Shown here piece after piece: positions 237,386 to 248,000 of a stretch of DNA of 248,000 nucleotides. The notes beneath the pieces are model-generated. The model had not been told where the DNA came from, searched no databases, and saw only the letters and a program-made list of their open reading frames with translations. The stretch lies in the NCBI RefSeq assembly GCF_000400465.1, contig NW_008806282.1, positions 20,001 to 268,000 on the forward strand, read 5' to 3'. The first letter of the stretch is position 1; each line of letters begins with the position of its first letter. This stretch comes from Wallemia ichthyophaga EXF-994. Lineage: Eukaryota > Fungi > Basidiomycota. The position numbers were made by a program, and so were the translations under genes.

Positions 237386-238940
237386 ATGGAACAAAGTGCT
237401 GATATCAACAACAGGACAAAGATAGTCGGGGAATCTATCTTCCCTTCCATACAGAGTCTGTATCCCATATTGCCCTAGACGTAAGTGCTCGCGCTAGATT
237501 TACCCCCATTTCTTATTAATAACGGGGAACAGATTGGTGGAAGTCTCGCAAAGTGTGTTTATTTCTCGCGGACATCCCGCAGGAGAAGCAGCACAGCGTC
237601 TAGTAAGAGCACGAAGAGCACGAATCGAAACAGTCCCCCACCTCTTCAACCGCCGCCATCACCTAAACCAAACGGAACGCTAACCCCGAACATTCTCAAA
237701 CCAATCAGCAACGACGCATGTACCCCTGTGTCTCCATTGTATAGCTCTGGCGGTAGTTATTTTGACGTTCAGAGCAGCTCTCACTCCGACAGCGCGAAGA
237801 TCAGACCGGGATTCGGCAGTCACGGCCGATCGAAATCTAAACACATACCGGGTGGTCAGCTTAACTTTGTCAAGTTTGAGACTGAGCATATAGAAGAGTG
237901 TATTGACTTCTTGCGCAACCTTATTGATCAATCAGCAAATGTCAATGATGTTAGTCTTGATCAAATGAGGGCCAGCATCAAAATTGTTATGACCGGAGGC
238001 GGTGCCCACAAGCTTGGAGATGTTTTTGAAGACCAGCTCAAGACTGCTGTAGCAAAAGAGGAGGAAATGGAATGTCTGATAACTGGCTTACAGTTTATTA
238101 CAACTATTCCCAAGGAGGTCTTTTGGTGAGTGCTGGGATTGCTGTTAAATCATCATGTCTGACATGTCATCAAAGGTACTCTGATGAGTTGGTGTACTCA
238201 GTCAGTCACAAGAAGCAGAAGAAAACTATATTACCCCAAGAGGAACTTCCAAGGCCATCGCCGAACCCGCCCCAGTTTAGCGTCAGCTTCGACAAACCGA
238301 CTGAGTTTGAGTATCCTTGTCTGCTTGTCAACATCGGATCAGGGGTGTCTATTATCAAAGTGAACTCCGACGGCTCCTTCGAGCGTGTCTCTGGAACCTC
238401 TCTTGGTGGGGGAACACTTTGGGGTTTATTGTCGCTCCTCACGCCAGCCACGTCGTTTGATGAGATGTTAGCGTTGTCAGAAACAGGAGATAACAACTCA
238501 GTAGATATGCTCGTAGGCGATATTTACGGTAGCGATTACGGAAAAATTGGTTTAAAGGCGACGACAATCGCTTCATCATTCGGTAAGGTTTTCAAGAAAG
238601 GCGATAACAATCGCAAGAAAGAATTCAAGCCTGAAGACATCAGTAAAAGTATGTTGTTCATGATCAGCAACAATATTGGTCACATTGCGTACATGCAAGC
238701 AGAGAAACATAACGTGGATAGAATCTATTTTGGAGGGTGTTTCATTAGAGGTTTGTGAAATGTGTTGGCTGATTCTTTTCTCACACCATCGTAATAGGAC
238801 ACGCTGCTACGATCTCAACCCTCAGCTATGCTATCCGTTTTTGGAGCAAAGGTACGAAAAGGGCCATGTTCCTTCGTCATGAGGGCTTCTTAGGTAGTCT
238901 TGGTGCTTGGATAAAGAACATAGACGAAGAGCACTACTGA
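237386..238940 (+). CDS. CAB1: Type II pantothenate kinase
   Basis: DIGGSLAK, TGGGAHK, LVNIGSGVS, GTSLGGGT, DMLVGDIYG. Confidence 0.95.
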
Positions 238941-239030
238941 TTACCAATGAGAAATGTATCCCTTCTGATTGATTACTAGTCTATTGTAAAACTGTATTTC
239001 TAAGTATACATTTGTTAACGCAAGACAACC

Positions 239031-239796
239031 ATGGGGGATCTGCAATTAGGTGAGCAGAATGCGTAAGGACTTGGCAAAATTTAATGTGCGTCTAGATAGT
239101 ATATTTGGTAGATCGCCCTCACCACCACCAGCAGCGCCACCAAAGTACGAGAGCTACACTTACAAAGGACGAGAATTGAAGATACGGTTAGAATCATTTC
239201 ATCCATTGTGGGCGCATTATCTCTGGAATGCAAGTAGAGTATTCTGTAACTATCTAATCAACAACAATCTGTGTAAAGGAAAGAGCGTATGCGAGTTGGG
239301 TGCAGGAGCCGGACTTCCGTCGCTAGTCTCAGCGTTGGAAGGAGCAGATAAGACGGTGGTTACAGACTACCCAGATGAGCCGCTTTTGAACAACCTCCGA
239401 ATCAACGTCGGTGAATGCTTAGAAGAAAACGCTCAGAACAAGATAAAGGTTGAGGGATTTGTTTGGGGTTCTGATATAGCAAATCTCCTTGCAGCCAACA
239501 ACGGCAACAAATTTGACATTCTTATTCTGTCTGATTTGGTGTTTAACCATTCTCAGCACAACTCGCTGCTGAAAAGTTGTAAGGGATTGATAGCCCAAGG
239601 TGGACAGTGTCTCGTCTTTTTCAGTCACCACCGCCCACATAAGGCTAAAGAGGATATGGGATTCTTCGATAAAGCTGCAGAAGAAGGCTGGATTGTCGAG
239701 CGTGTAGTGGAAGAGCGTGTTGGCGTCATGTTCGAAGAAGACACTGGAGATGAAGGTGTCCGAGCCACAGTGCATGGATTTAAGCTTACATTGTAG
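239031..239796 (+). CDS. NNT1: Protein N-methyltransferase Nnt1/Efm7
   Basis: HPLWAHYLWNA, ELGAGAGLPS, TDYPD, FFSHHRP. Confidence 0.9.
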
Positions 239797-239867
239797 ATAC
239801 TGTAGATGCTTTTTGTAATATTCTCCTTATCTCGTGGATTCTGTTATTCCAACTAATACGATCATCA

Positions 239868-240108
239868 TGAGCGAGAGACTCGGTTTGCCAGCTCCACCTG
239901 CAGATGGAGAGAAGACGACGGTGCAAGTCAATGGAGAAAGCCTCAGCCTTGATCATCTCGGTCCAATGGTGGTCAATTCCGACGGCACATTGAGCAGGAT
240001 ACAGAATTGGGAAGGAATGAGTCAGATCGAGAGGGAAAAAACGCTGAGACTGATAGTTAAACGGAACAGGTGAGCTGGAGCTGCTTTGAGATGTTTGAAA
240101 ACCAGCTA
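239868..240108 (+). CDS. Small conserved fungal hypothetical protein
   Basis: LDHLGPMVVNSDGTLSRIQNW..KRN. Confidence 0.7.
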
Positions 240109-241096
240109 AAGCACCTTAACCAGACAAAGATTAGACAAGCTCCAATCCGAGGGAAAGTAAAATAGATTATGCATTACAATAAACTCAGAAATTATTTTTG
240201 AAAACAGCTTTGATATAGCTGATTGAGTGTATGGGATGTACGCTATCGGTTTCGTCAGTAATCGTGATAAGAATATCTTGGATACCCAGAAATTGAGTAC
240301 CATGTGAGCCAGTAGCTTATAATGACCTTGCTGTAATGTGACAAGGTATTTAATGGTTCATCTGCGATGACTCACAAATACAACTGTCAAGATTGGGTTT
240401 CCCAGCCGGAATCTGCGTATGAAGACGGCAACGACGCTTGTTGAAAATATAAGCATCGCCCCTACTCTTATGGGCTAGTTTTGCATCAATATAAGCACAT
240501 CTCGCGTGCTAAGCCCAAGTATAAACATTCCCTTGAGCTGTTTATACCAGTACATTATGAGTCTGTGATATAGAACTGAGCCAATGTACCATAAACCTTG
240601 GAAACTAATTCGAGAACAATCCCGAGCACAAATAAATTTACCGATGTGCTCGATGTCTTATCTTAAGCATCATAGCGCGGTTGACTGACCGCCGAACAAA
240701 GCGAACAACGTAGTTCTTAATAGGACAATAAGAGACATTGATGGTGAGGCTATTCCATTAGCAAAGCAGACCGTAAAGCCCAGAAGATGCTGCTTCCAAC
240801 TCAGATCGAAGTAGCTGAATGCATAGCTCTTATTGCTCTAAGTTGTTCATATGATCAATTAGTACGCAAAGCTAGCCAATGCGTATTATCATACCGTACA
240901 AGCTTATCCATCCTTTATTTGATGGAATGGCCATGCTGCGTGAAGTATGCCAAAGACAAACGCGATTCTTTGTATTGCTGTGTATGGTGTATTACTCAAG
241001 TGGTTTGTAGCATTGTATCTCATACGAGCGATCGTGTCAGTCCGGTTAGTGGCAGTTGCCTCTTCGACTCCGACGACGATCTACACGATCAGGATG

Positions 241097-242582
241097 AATT
241101 TGTCTTCAATGATCAATACAGACGAGCCACAAGCTAGCGCTGAAGGAAGTATACCAGCTGCACCGCAATCACAACACCCTGCATATCCTTACCCACAACC
241201 ACACCCTCAATCGCATCCACATTCTCACCCTCATTCGCTAATTGCTAGCCACGCGCTAACGCATCCTCAATCTCAGGGCTCTGAGCAGCCATCAGTACTA
241301 CCTTCCGTGTTGCAGCAGCCACACTCACAACCACGACAACCACTGCCTCAACCGCATCAGCTTTACAAAGGACTTGAGAAACCACACGATCATCCATCGC
241401 TCAATTGCTGGGAGCTGCCTTACATCTGGGCTGCAATTACGCGATTTATACCCATAGTACAACATGAGCTTCTAGACGGTGTCAGAGAGTAAGTTAGCTA
241501 CTTTTTCGATGATAAGGTATTCAATTTGCTTGTTTAGGCTGGAGGAAGCTTTGACTGCTTCGCCTGGTACTGTACATCCAACTGTTCACTTGGTTATGGA
241601 GCACATAGTCAGAATCTTTAAGCCAAAAATGTCGAATACTGAGTGAGTCGCTTGGGTTAGGTACTGAGGTAGCTGCTGATTTATTCATTAGTCCTGATGC
241701 GCTCGCCAAGCAAATTCAGTTACAGCTTTCTGATATCAAGCATTGGCCGGAGGAAGTAGTTGACCAGCCATCAGGCGCTGTCGTGGAAGACAGACCACTG
241801 AAAGATGGGAAATCATTTTGGGAAGCTGGGTGGAGGGAGAAGGTGGGTGTGATATGTTATTTGCACAATTCTAATATCAAATTAAGGTTTCTGTTATGAG
241901 ACATCTGGTTGATTTGTCGCTCTCAACACCTCAGATAAAGGACATGATAGAGAAAAACTACAGAGTATCTACAGTAGAAAGGCACAGGAAACGTCGTGAT
242001 GATCCCAAAGATAACGCTTTAGTTCTACCACCAGTAGGTGAAGACAGTAAAAGACAGAGACTTTGGGTTCTAGACGACAACCCAAGGGTGTACATATCTG
242101 GTAACCCATGGAAGAAGTCAACGACAATGACTGCTGTTACTGATACTATGGAGGATGTCGTCGCTTTGGCCAACAGTTACGCAATGTCTTCTTATCAGTC
242201 TGAAATGAAAGCCATGGAAGTTGCACAGACTGACAAATCACTGTGGAAACAACTGATGAATAACGCTAAAAAGGAGAGAGATCTGGCTGAATCATTAGCT
242301 GGGCAGCGCCAAGGTGCGTTCCTGCGCCGATGTGAAGCAGAGGAATCTAGGATTGCTCCAATGAAAAGAAGAAGGAAAGAGGAAGCAGAGGAATCAGAAA
242401 AGCACCTGTCTCAACACCCAGAAGAACGAAGGAATGTTGGTTATGGAGATGGTGAACAAACGCTGAAAAAGGAGTACGAAGATCCTCGTAGGGAAGATAG
242501 GGAAGATAGGGAAGATAATCACATCGATATAAAGAAAGAAGAATTTGCAATTGTGAGTCCTGCATTTACTTTATGTGAATAG
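241097..242582 (+). CDS. WHIM/DDT-associated chromatin protein (Ioc3-like)
   Basis: CWELPYIW, RHLVDLSL, GEDSKRQRLWVLD..RVY. Confidence 0.55.
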
Positions 242583-242898
242583 TGATTAACAATACTTAAG
242601 CGAGATAAAGATGATGACGGACGGGAGCCAGAAGTGGAAGAGCCAGATGGAAGAAGGTCAAGGAGACAAACACATAATCGATCACAGACACCGTCAAAGC
242701 AAGGAACGCCATCAGACAAGTCGACGCGTTCTTCATCACGCTTAAATACCAACCAAGATGTGAGAATGGAAGAATGAGCATGTAAATTTTGATATAAATT
242801 GATTTGAATACGCCTTCGCTTGGAGTTTGTTTCCTCACCTTTGCCATTGGTTTTAATAGATCTTCAACTCGCACCCTCGCACCACAAGCAAGTTAAAA

Positions 242899-244231
242899 AT
242901 GTTACCAAGAGTATTCATTGACTGGAATATCGACGGCGAATACGCTGGTAGATTGATATTTGAATTATACAGCGACAAAGTACCAAAGACGGCCGAGAAC
243001 TTCAAATCCCTCTGTACGGGTGAGAGAGGATCAGATGAGGCTACAGGTGGGTTACGATGCTCGAATGAATCTACAAGGCTTATGCTGGTGTACAGGAAAC
243101 AGCCTCACCTACAAGAACTCCATCTCTCACCGCATAATCAAAGGTTTCATGATACAGTTTGGTGATATCACAAATGGAAACGGTACGGGTGGTTTGTCCA
243201 TCTATGGAGGTAAATTCGAGGATGAGAACTTTGATCTTAAGCATACGAAGCGCGGTCAATTGTCCATGGCTAATGCAGGTCCCGACACAGTGAGTTCGGT
243301 GTCAGTTTCTTTATGATCTAGACTTAAGGTTATTTAGAATGGATCTCAAGTGTTTGTTACTTTTTGCCCCTGCCCGCATTTAGATGGAAGGTGTGTTTGT
243401 TACACTGGTACGCTTTCACAATAGTCTAAACATATACACGCAGACATGTCGTTTTCGGTGAACTTGCTAAAGGCAAAGGATTGCTGCGTAGAGTGAGCTA
243501 CTTATAAGTTGACTAGTGTTTCGCTAAACCTCAATTTAGCTCGAAAATACACAAACTGTTGACAACGACTTCCCTGCCGTCGACGTGCGTATCGTTGATT
243601 CAGGTTTAGTCCGAGAGGGAGAGGATGACGGTGTACCTCCACTCTCAATTGGTGATCATGAGGTAGGCTCATTTAAACATTCGATATGCTGCTAACCGTT
243701 ACAAAGGATTACCCTGAAGACGATGACGCAGAGACTGAGAAGCCAGAAGTAGCGTTGGAGATAGCTCAATCAATTAAAGACAAGGGAGCTCAATGCTTCA
243801 AGCAGCAGGACGTTGAAGGAGCTTTAGATCAATGGGAGAAAGCTATAAGATACCTTGACGTTAATCCAGTTTTGCCCGAGGAAACTGCGAACGTTACCAA
243901 AGCATTATACTCAACAACGAGAGTACAATTATACTTGAACGCTTCTTTAGCCGCTCTCAAGTTAAACAAAGCGCCTGTAGCCGAGTCAATGGCAACGAAA
244001 GCTATCAGAGTACCACCAACTAAGAGTCAAGACATAGCCAAGGGTTTGTACAGGAGAGCGCTTGCAAAATCAGCACGTAAGAATGATGCCGGTGCTCTTG
244101 ACGATCTCCATTACGCAATCAAAGTCGAACCTCAAGACAAAAACATACATAGCCAAATAGCTACCCTCGAAAAGAAGGTGGAGGGCTTCAAATTGAAAGA
244201 AAAACAAGTTTACAGTAAAATGTTTGAATAA
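242899..244231 (+). CDS. CPR6: Cyclophilin 40 (PPIase + TPR)
   Basis: [31 protein letters not shown], TPRs. Confidence 0.93.
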
Positions 244232-244410
244232 ATGTTTGTTATCTGCCTTTTGAAATTATGGAGACCACGACGGATAAGCATTCTGACTGTATATGTAGAG
244301 AATGACTTCTCTCTTTATAAAAGACTTGAAAAAAACCCTATGAAATGTAGGCTTTGCATTTGAGTTCCACTCACTCGTTTTCTAACCTCGACCACCAACC
244401 AAATATCTCA

Positions 244411-247069
244411 ATGAGCGGTTATTACGATAACAGAGGCGGAAGTAGACGAGGCGGAAGAGACGGAGGGAGTAGAGGTGGTTACCAAAAGCGTAATTTCTAT
244501 AGGGATGATCACGTCGAACCTCAAAGAGATACTCGCTGGGAGAAGCTTGAATCTCGCATAAAGAACCTCGCAGAAGATGATGTACGTAAGGGCTAGTTTG
244601 TTAAATATCTCATAACATATCTTAGGGATTTGAAATAGAATCTGATCTACCAAGATTAGCTAGAGCTATTCAAGCCGCGTTTGAATACTACGAAGATGTG
244701 ATCCCAGATACAATTTACAAGTTTTTTACACAACAACCCCACAAATCTCAGTTATATGCATCGCTGGTCTTACTTTTGTCTATTTCATTTGACAACCAAG
244801 ATAATCAAGACGCTGGAATTGTTGGTCAGAAAGTACTCGACCACTGTTTGATTAGATGGAAGGATGCCTTGGAAAGTAGAAGATGGATGGAAATGAGAAT
244901 TGGCACTAACTTCTTTGCCAACTTGGTTCCTGCTCTTATTTCACCTGAATCGTTCTATGAGACTATTAACACGTTCGTCAAAGTGCTAGAGGAGCCAGGC
245001 GTATCATCGCTTCGAGCCGAAAGAGCGATTGAGTGTGCATCCGAAGCACTTATATACGCTAGCAGCTTCCTCACAACTCAATCAAAAGAAAGATACGAAG
245101 GTTTCGTAAACAGAATAGAGCAGTATGTTCAAAATGAAGAGATAAATGACACGAGACTGTTGCTCTACCCATGGGTCAATCTACCAAAAAATAACAGCAG
245201 GAACAAGGTTGACAATTGTGTCGATCCAATTCAAATTTATATCAAGACTTTACGTTCTCTTTCCGAGTCAGAATTTAAAGATCCTAAGCTACCTTTGTTT
245301 GATATAGAAGAGGTTTTACCAACTGTCCGAGAAGTTGATCCTGCATTACGCACAGAATTACCCAGCTTGTTGGTACCAGCTGACGATTATAATACTACCT
245401 CAAGGCCCAACAGTGAACTTTCTAGATGGAAGTTACATATTATCGAAGATGACACAGTCCCTTCACCTGACTCTGGAGATGGCGTCATTGTTTACTCCGT
245501 CCTCAGAGATATGATTACGCTATACAATAGAAATAGGATCGACTGCGCAAAAATATTGATGGACGTGCCTACATTCTTTCAAGGTAATCTTTTCAATGTT
245601 GATGGGTATAGTTTGGAGTCTACCCTTGTTTCAACAATTTTGAGCGAGTTACTCACCCTTCCTGAGCCCAAACATCCCAAACTTTATTACTCTAGTCTTA
245701 TTACTGAGCTATGTAAGCTAAGTCCAAAGACCGTTGCTCCAGCTCTTGGTAGATCCATACGCAAAATATATGGCTTCATCGGTGAGGGCTTGGATGTAGA
245801 GATCATAATGCGATTCAGCGAGTGGTTTGCAACTCATCTGTCCAACTTTGGCTTCAATTGGGTGTGGAAAGAATGGTGGGTTGCTACACGTAATGAAATA
245901 AATCCTCTAACCATGACAAAAGGATACCTGATTTAGACTTACCTGACAATCATCCAAAGAGGATGTTTATCAAAAGGGTGATTGAATTGGAGATTCGTTT
246001 GAGCTATTTCGATAGGATTAATCAAACACTTCCCGAGGCACTCCTCAACAAGGCTGGTATGGTGGTATCTCCAATGCCAAACTTCATCTACGCGAACGAA
246101 GAGCATCCATATAATGCAACAACAACGAGTGTTATGGATTCAATGAGAAACAAGATAACGTCAGATGCCATGATAAAGAATATCGTCAAAATCGAAGAAG
246201 ATTTGAAAGAGAATCCATCATTACCACAAAGCGGAAACTCTGCTAAGAAGGTTGCTAGAGATATAGCCACGCAGTGTTTATTAAATGTTGGCTCGAGATC
246301 TTTCTCTCACTTTCTCAATGTGATTGAGAAGTACATTGAAGTCATAAAATATCTCACTGCTGATAAAGATTCCCGTATCGATTTGCTGAGATCTGTTGGT
246401 AGGTTTTGGGTAAGAAACAGTCAAATGAAGAAGATAATAGTGGACAAATTGCTTCAATACAGACTGATTGAACCAACTGATGTTGTTCAATGGTTATTCA
246501 ATCCAAACGATCCAGAATTCCCTTCGGAAGTTGATGACACCGTGTATCAAATAGGATGGTCAGATTTAAACTTTGGAGATTTATTAAAAACCGCTCTCAA
246601 CAAGGTCAACACCAGAGTAAATCAACAATATCAAAAGTTAGTTGAAACGAAGAAAAATGATGAGGAAGTCGCATCGATTGCTAAAGCGCGTAACATGGAG
246701 ATAGACAATGAAGATGAGACTACTAAGGAAGAAGAAAGAAGAGATTACTCACAGCTGCAATTAACGTTTGACAATCTCAACAGAGAGCAAAGAGAATGTT
246801 TCGTCTTGCTTGTTCAAGCATTTGTTGAAGCGTTAGAAGGTGTCGACAGTATTTCTGACAAGAGTATAGAAGAGTATACAGATCAAGATTGGGACAAGTG
246901 GTTATCTTGGTCATGGTACCAAGCTTTCTTGAGAGAATATTGGCCATCTATCTCCGAAACTGTGGAGACCATTCAGGTACTATCGTTCAATTCTCTAACA
247001 GACAAAGAAAACGACCCTCGCTGGCAATTGTGGAAATCTGCCCTTGCCTTGTCGAACAGATGCAATTGA
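244411..247069 (+). CDS. CBC1: Nuclear cap-binding complex large subunit
   Basis: MIF4G, QPHKSQLYASL, WFATHLSNFGFNWVWKEW, RLSYFDRI. Confidence 0.93.
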
Positions 247070-247266
247070 TGCTTCTTAAATAAATCTATTAAATTTAAAA
247101 TCCATGCTTTTTTGTTATTCAAATTAAAAGCTGAAGTTTTGCAGGTCATAAGTAAGGTCATTTGACTCACATATGATTAGAAAAGGGTACCTGTTTCGCA
247201 ATCGTTTCTAAGAATTGAGCGACTGCGTCTCGCTTCATTGAAAACCTCAACCCAATACAACAGAGT

Positions 247267-248000
247267 ATGAGCCACGTACACTCAATAGCAAAGGAAGGAT
247301 TCGGTCCCAACTCAAACTTGTACGATGAGCATCGTCCCAGCTATTCAGAAGAAGCGGTATCCGAGGTAAGTCGGACGGGGTGGTTGTGTACTTAACCAAC
247401 GATGTGCAGATCATTAGAAATATCCCCAATAAGCCAGCTAGAGTGTTAGAATTAGGAAGTGGAACCGGAATTTTCACAAGAGCGCTTTTAAGTCATACAA
247501 CTACTGAGATTCAAAGTTTGATAGCAGCCGAACCGAGTGAAGACATGAGAAAGACCTGTGCTGATAGCTTAAACAATGACATTGTTAAAGGACGAGAAGT
247601 CGAAGTCATTGAAGGCACTTTTGAACACATAGAGGCAGAGGACGACTTATTCGACATCGTGATCATAGCTCAAGCTTATCATTGGTGTGCAGACTATGAC
247701 AAGTCTTTGAAAGAGCTCAAAAGAGTTATGAAGCCTCACGGTAAACTAGCCCTTACGTGGAACATGGAAGACAAATATAATAAGAAATGGGTTGCAAATG
247801 CGAGAAACATATATGAGAAGTATGATGTTGGCACACCGCAATACAGATTAGGGGAATGGAAAGCTCTTTTTGATACAGACGCTTACAGATCTTATTACAA
247901 AGGAGTTGATTATAACAAGTACCTTAGGCATCTTCCACTATCCTTACAAGGATACAAAGATAGGCAAAGCACGAAATCTTTCATCAACATCCTTCCTATC
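247267..248000 (+). CDS. SAM-dependent methyltransferase (type 11), partial at window edge
   Basis: YDEHRPSY, LELGSGTGIFT, AQAYHW. Confidence 0.85.

Overview
Eukaryotic genomic DNA from a very compact, intron-dense basidiomycete fungus. Gene density is about one gene per 1.8 kb, with 40-55 nt GT-AG introns and CTRAC branch points close to the 3' AG. Protein content and compactness suggest Wallemia (inference, not verified). About 135 protein-coding genes are recognisable, mostly housekeeping (DHH1, YRA1, UBC4, EXO1, SMC1, SMC6, eEF3, ATG9, SEC21, SEC23, RAD5, YTA7, SKI2, LEU1, histones H3/H4). I found no transposon, rRNA, tRNA or CRISPR sequence. Multi-exon CDS coordinates are gene spans from manual splice inference, and some starts are approximate. 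Best leads: (1) an apparent in-frame fusion of a Doa1/PLAA-type WD40+PFU ubiquitin-binding module to an Hst2/SIRT2-type sirtuin in place of the PUL domain; (2) a tandem-duplicated 46-nt intron pair flanking a probable 2-nt exon in a Het-C gene, plus a second intron with 12-bp direct repeats at its borders; (3) an intronic C/D snoRNA complementary to the 5' end of 18S rRNA, in abutting introns below YRA1; (4) a 495-nt YRA1 intron clamped by an 18-bp perfect inverted repeat; (5) a duplicated eEF3 terminal exon; (6) four start codons split by introns; (7) many divergent gene pairs with only 26-57 bp between ATGs, and STE12/EXO70 start codons that may share one CATG; (8) a half 5-oxoprolinase.
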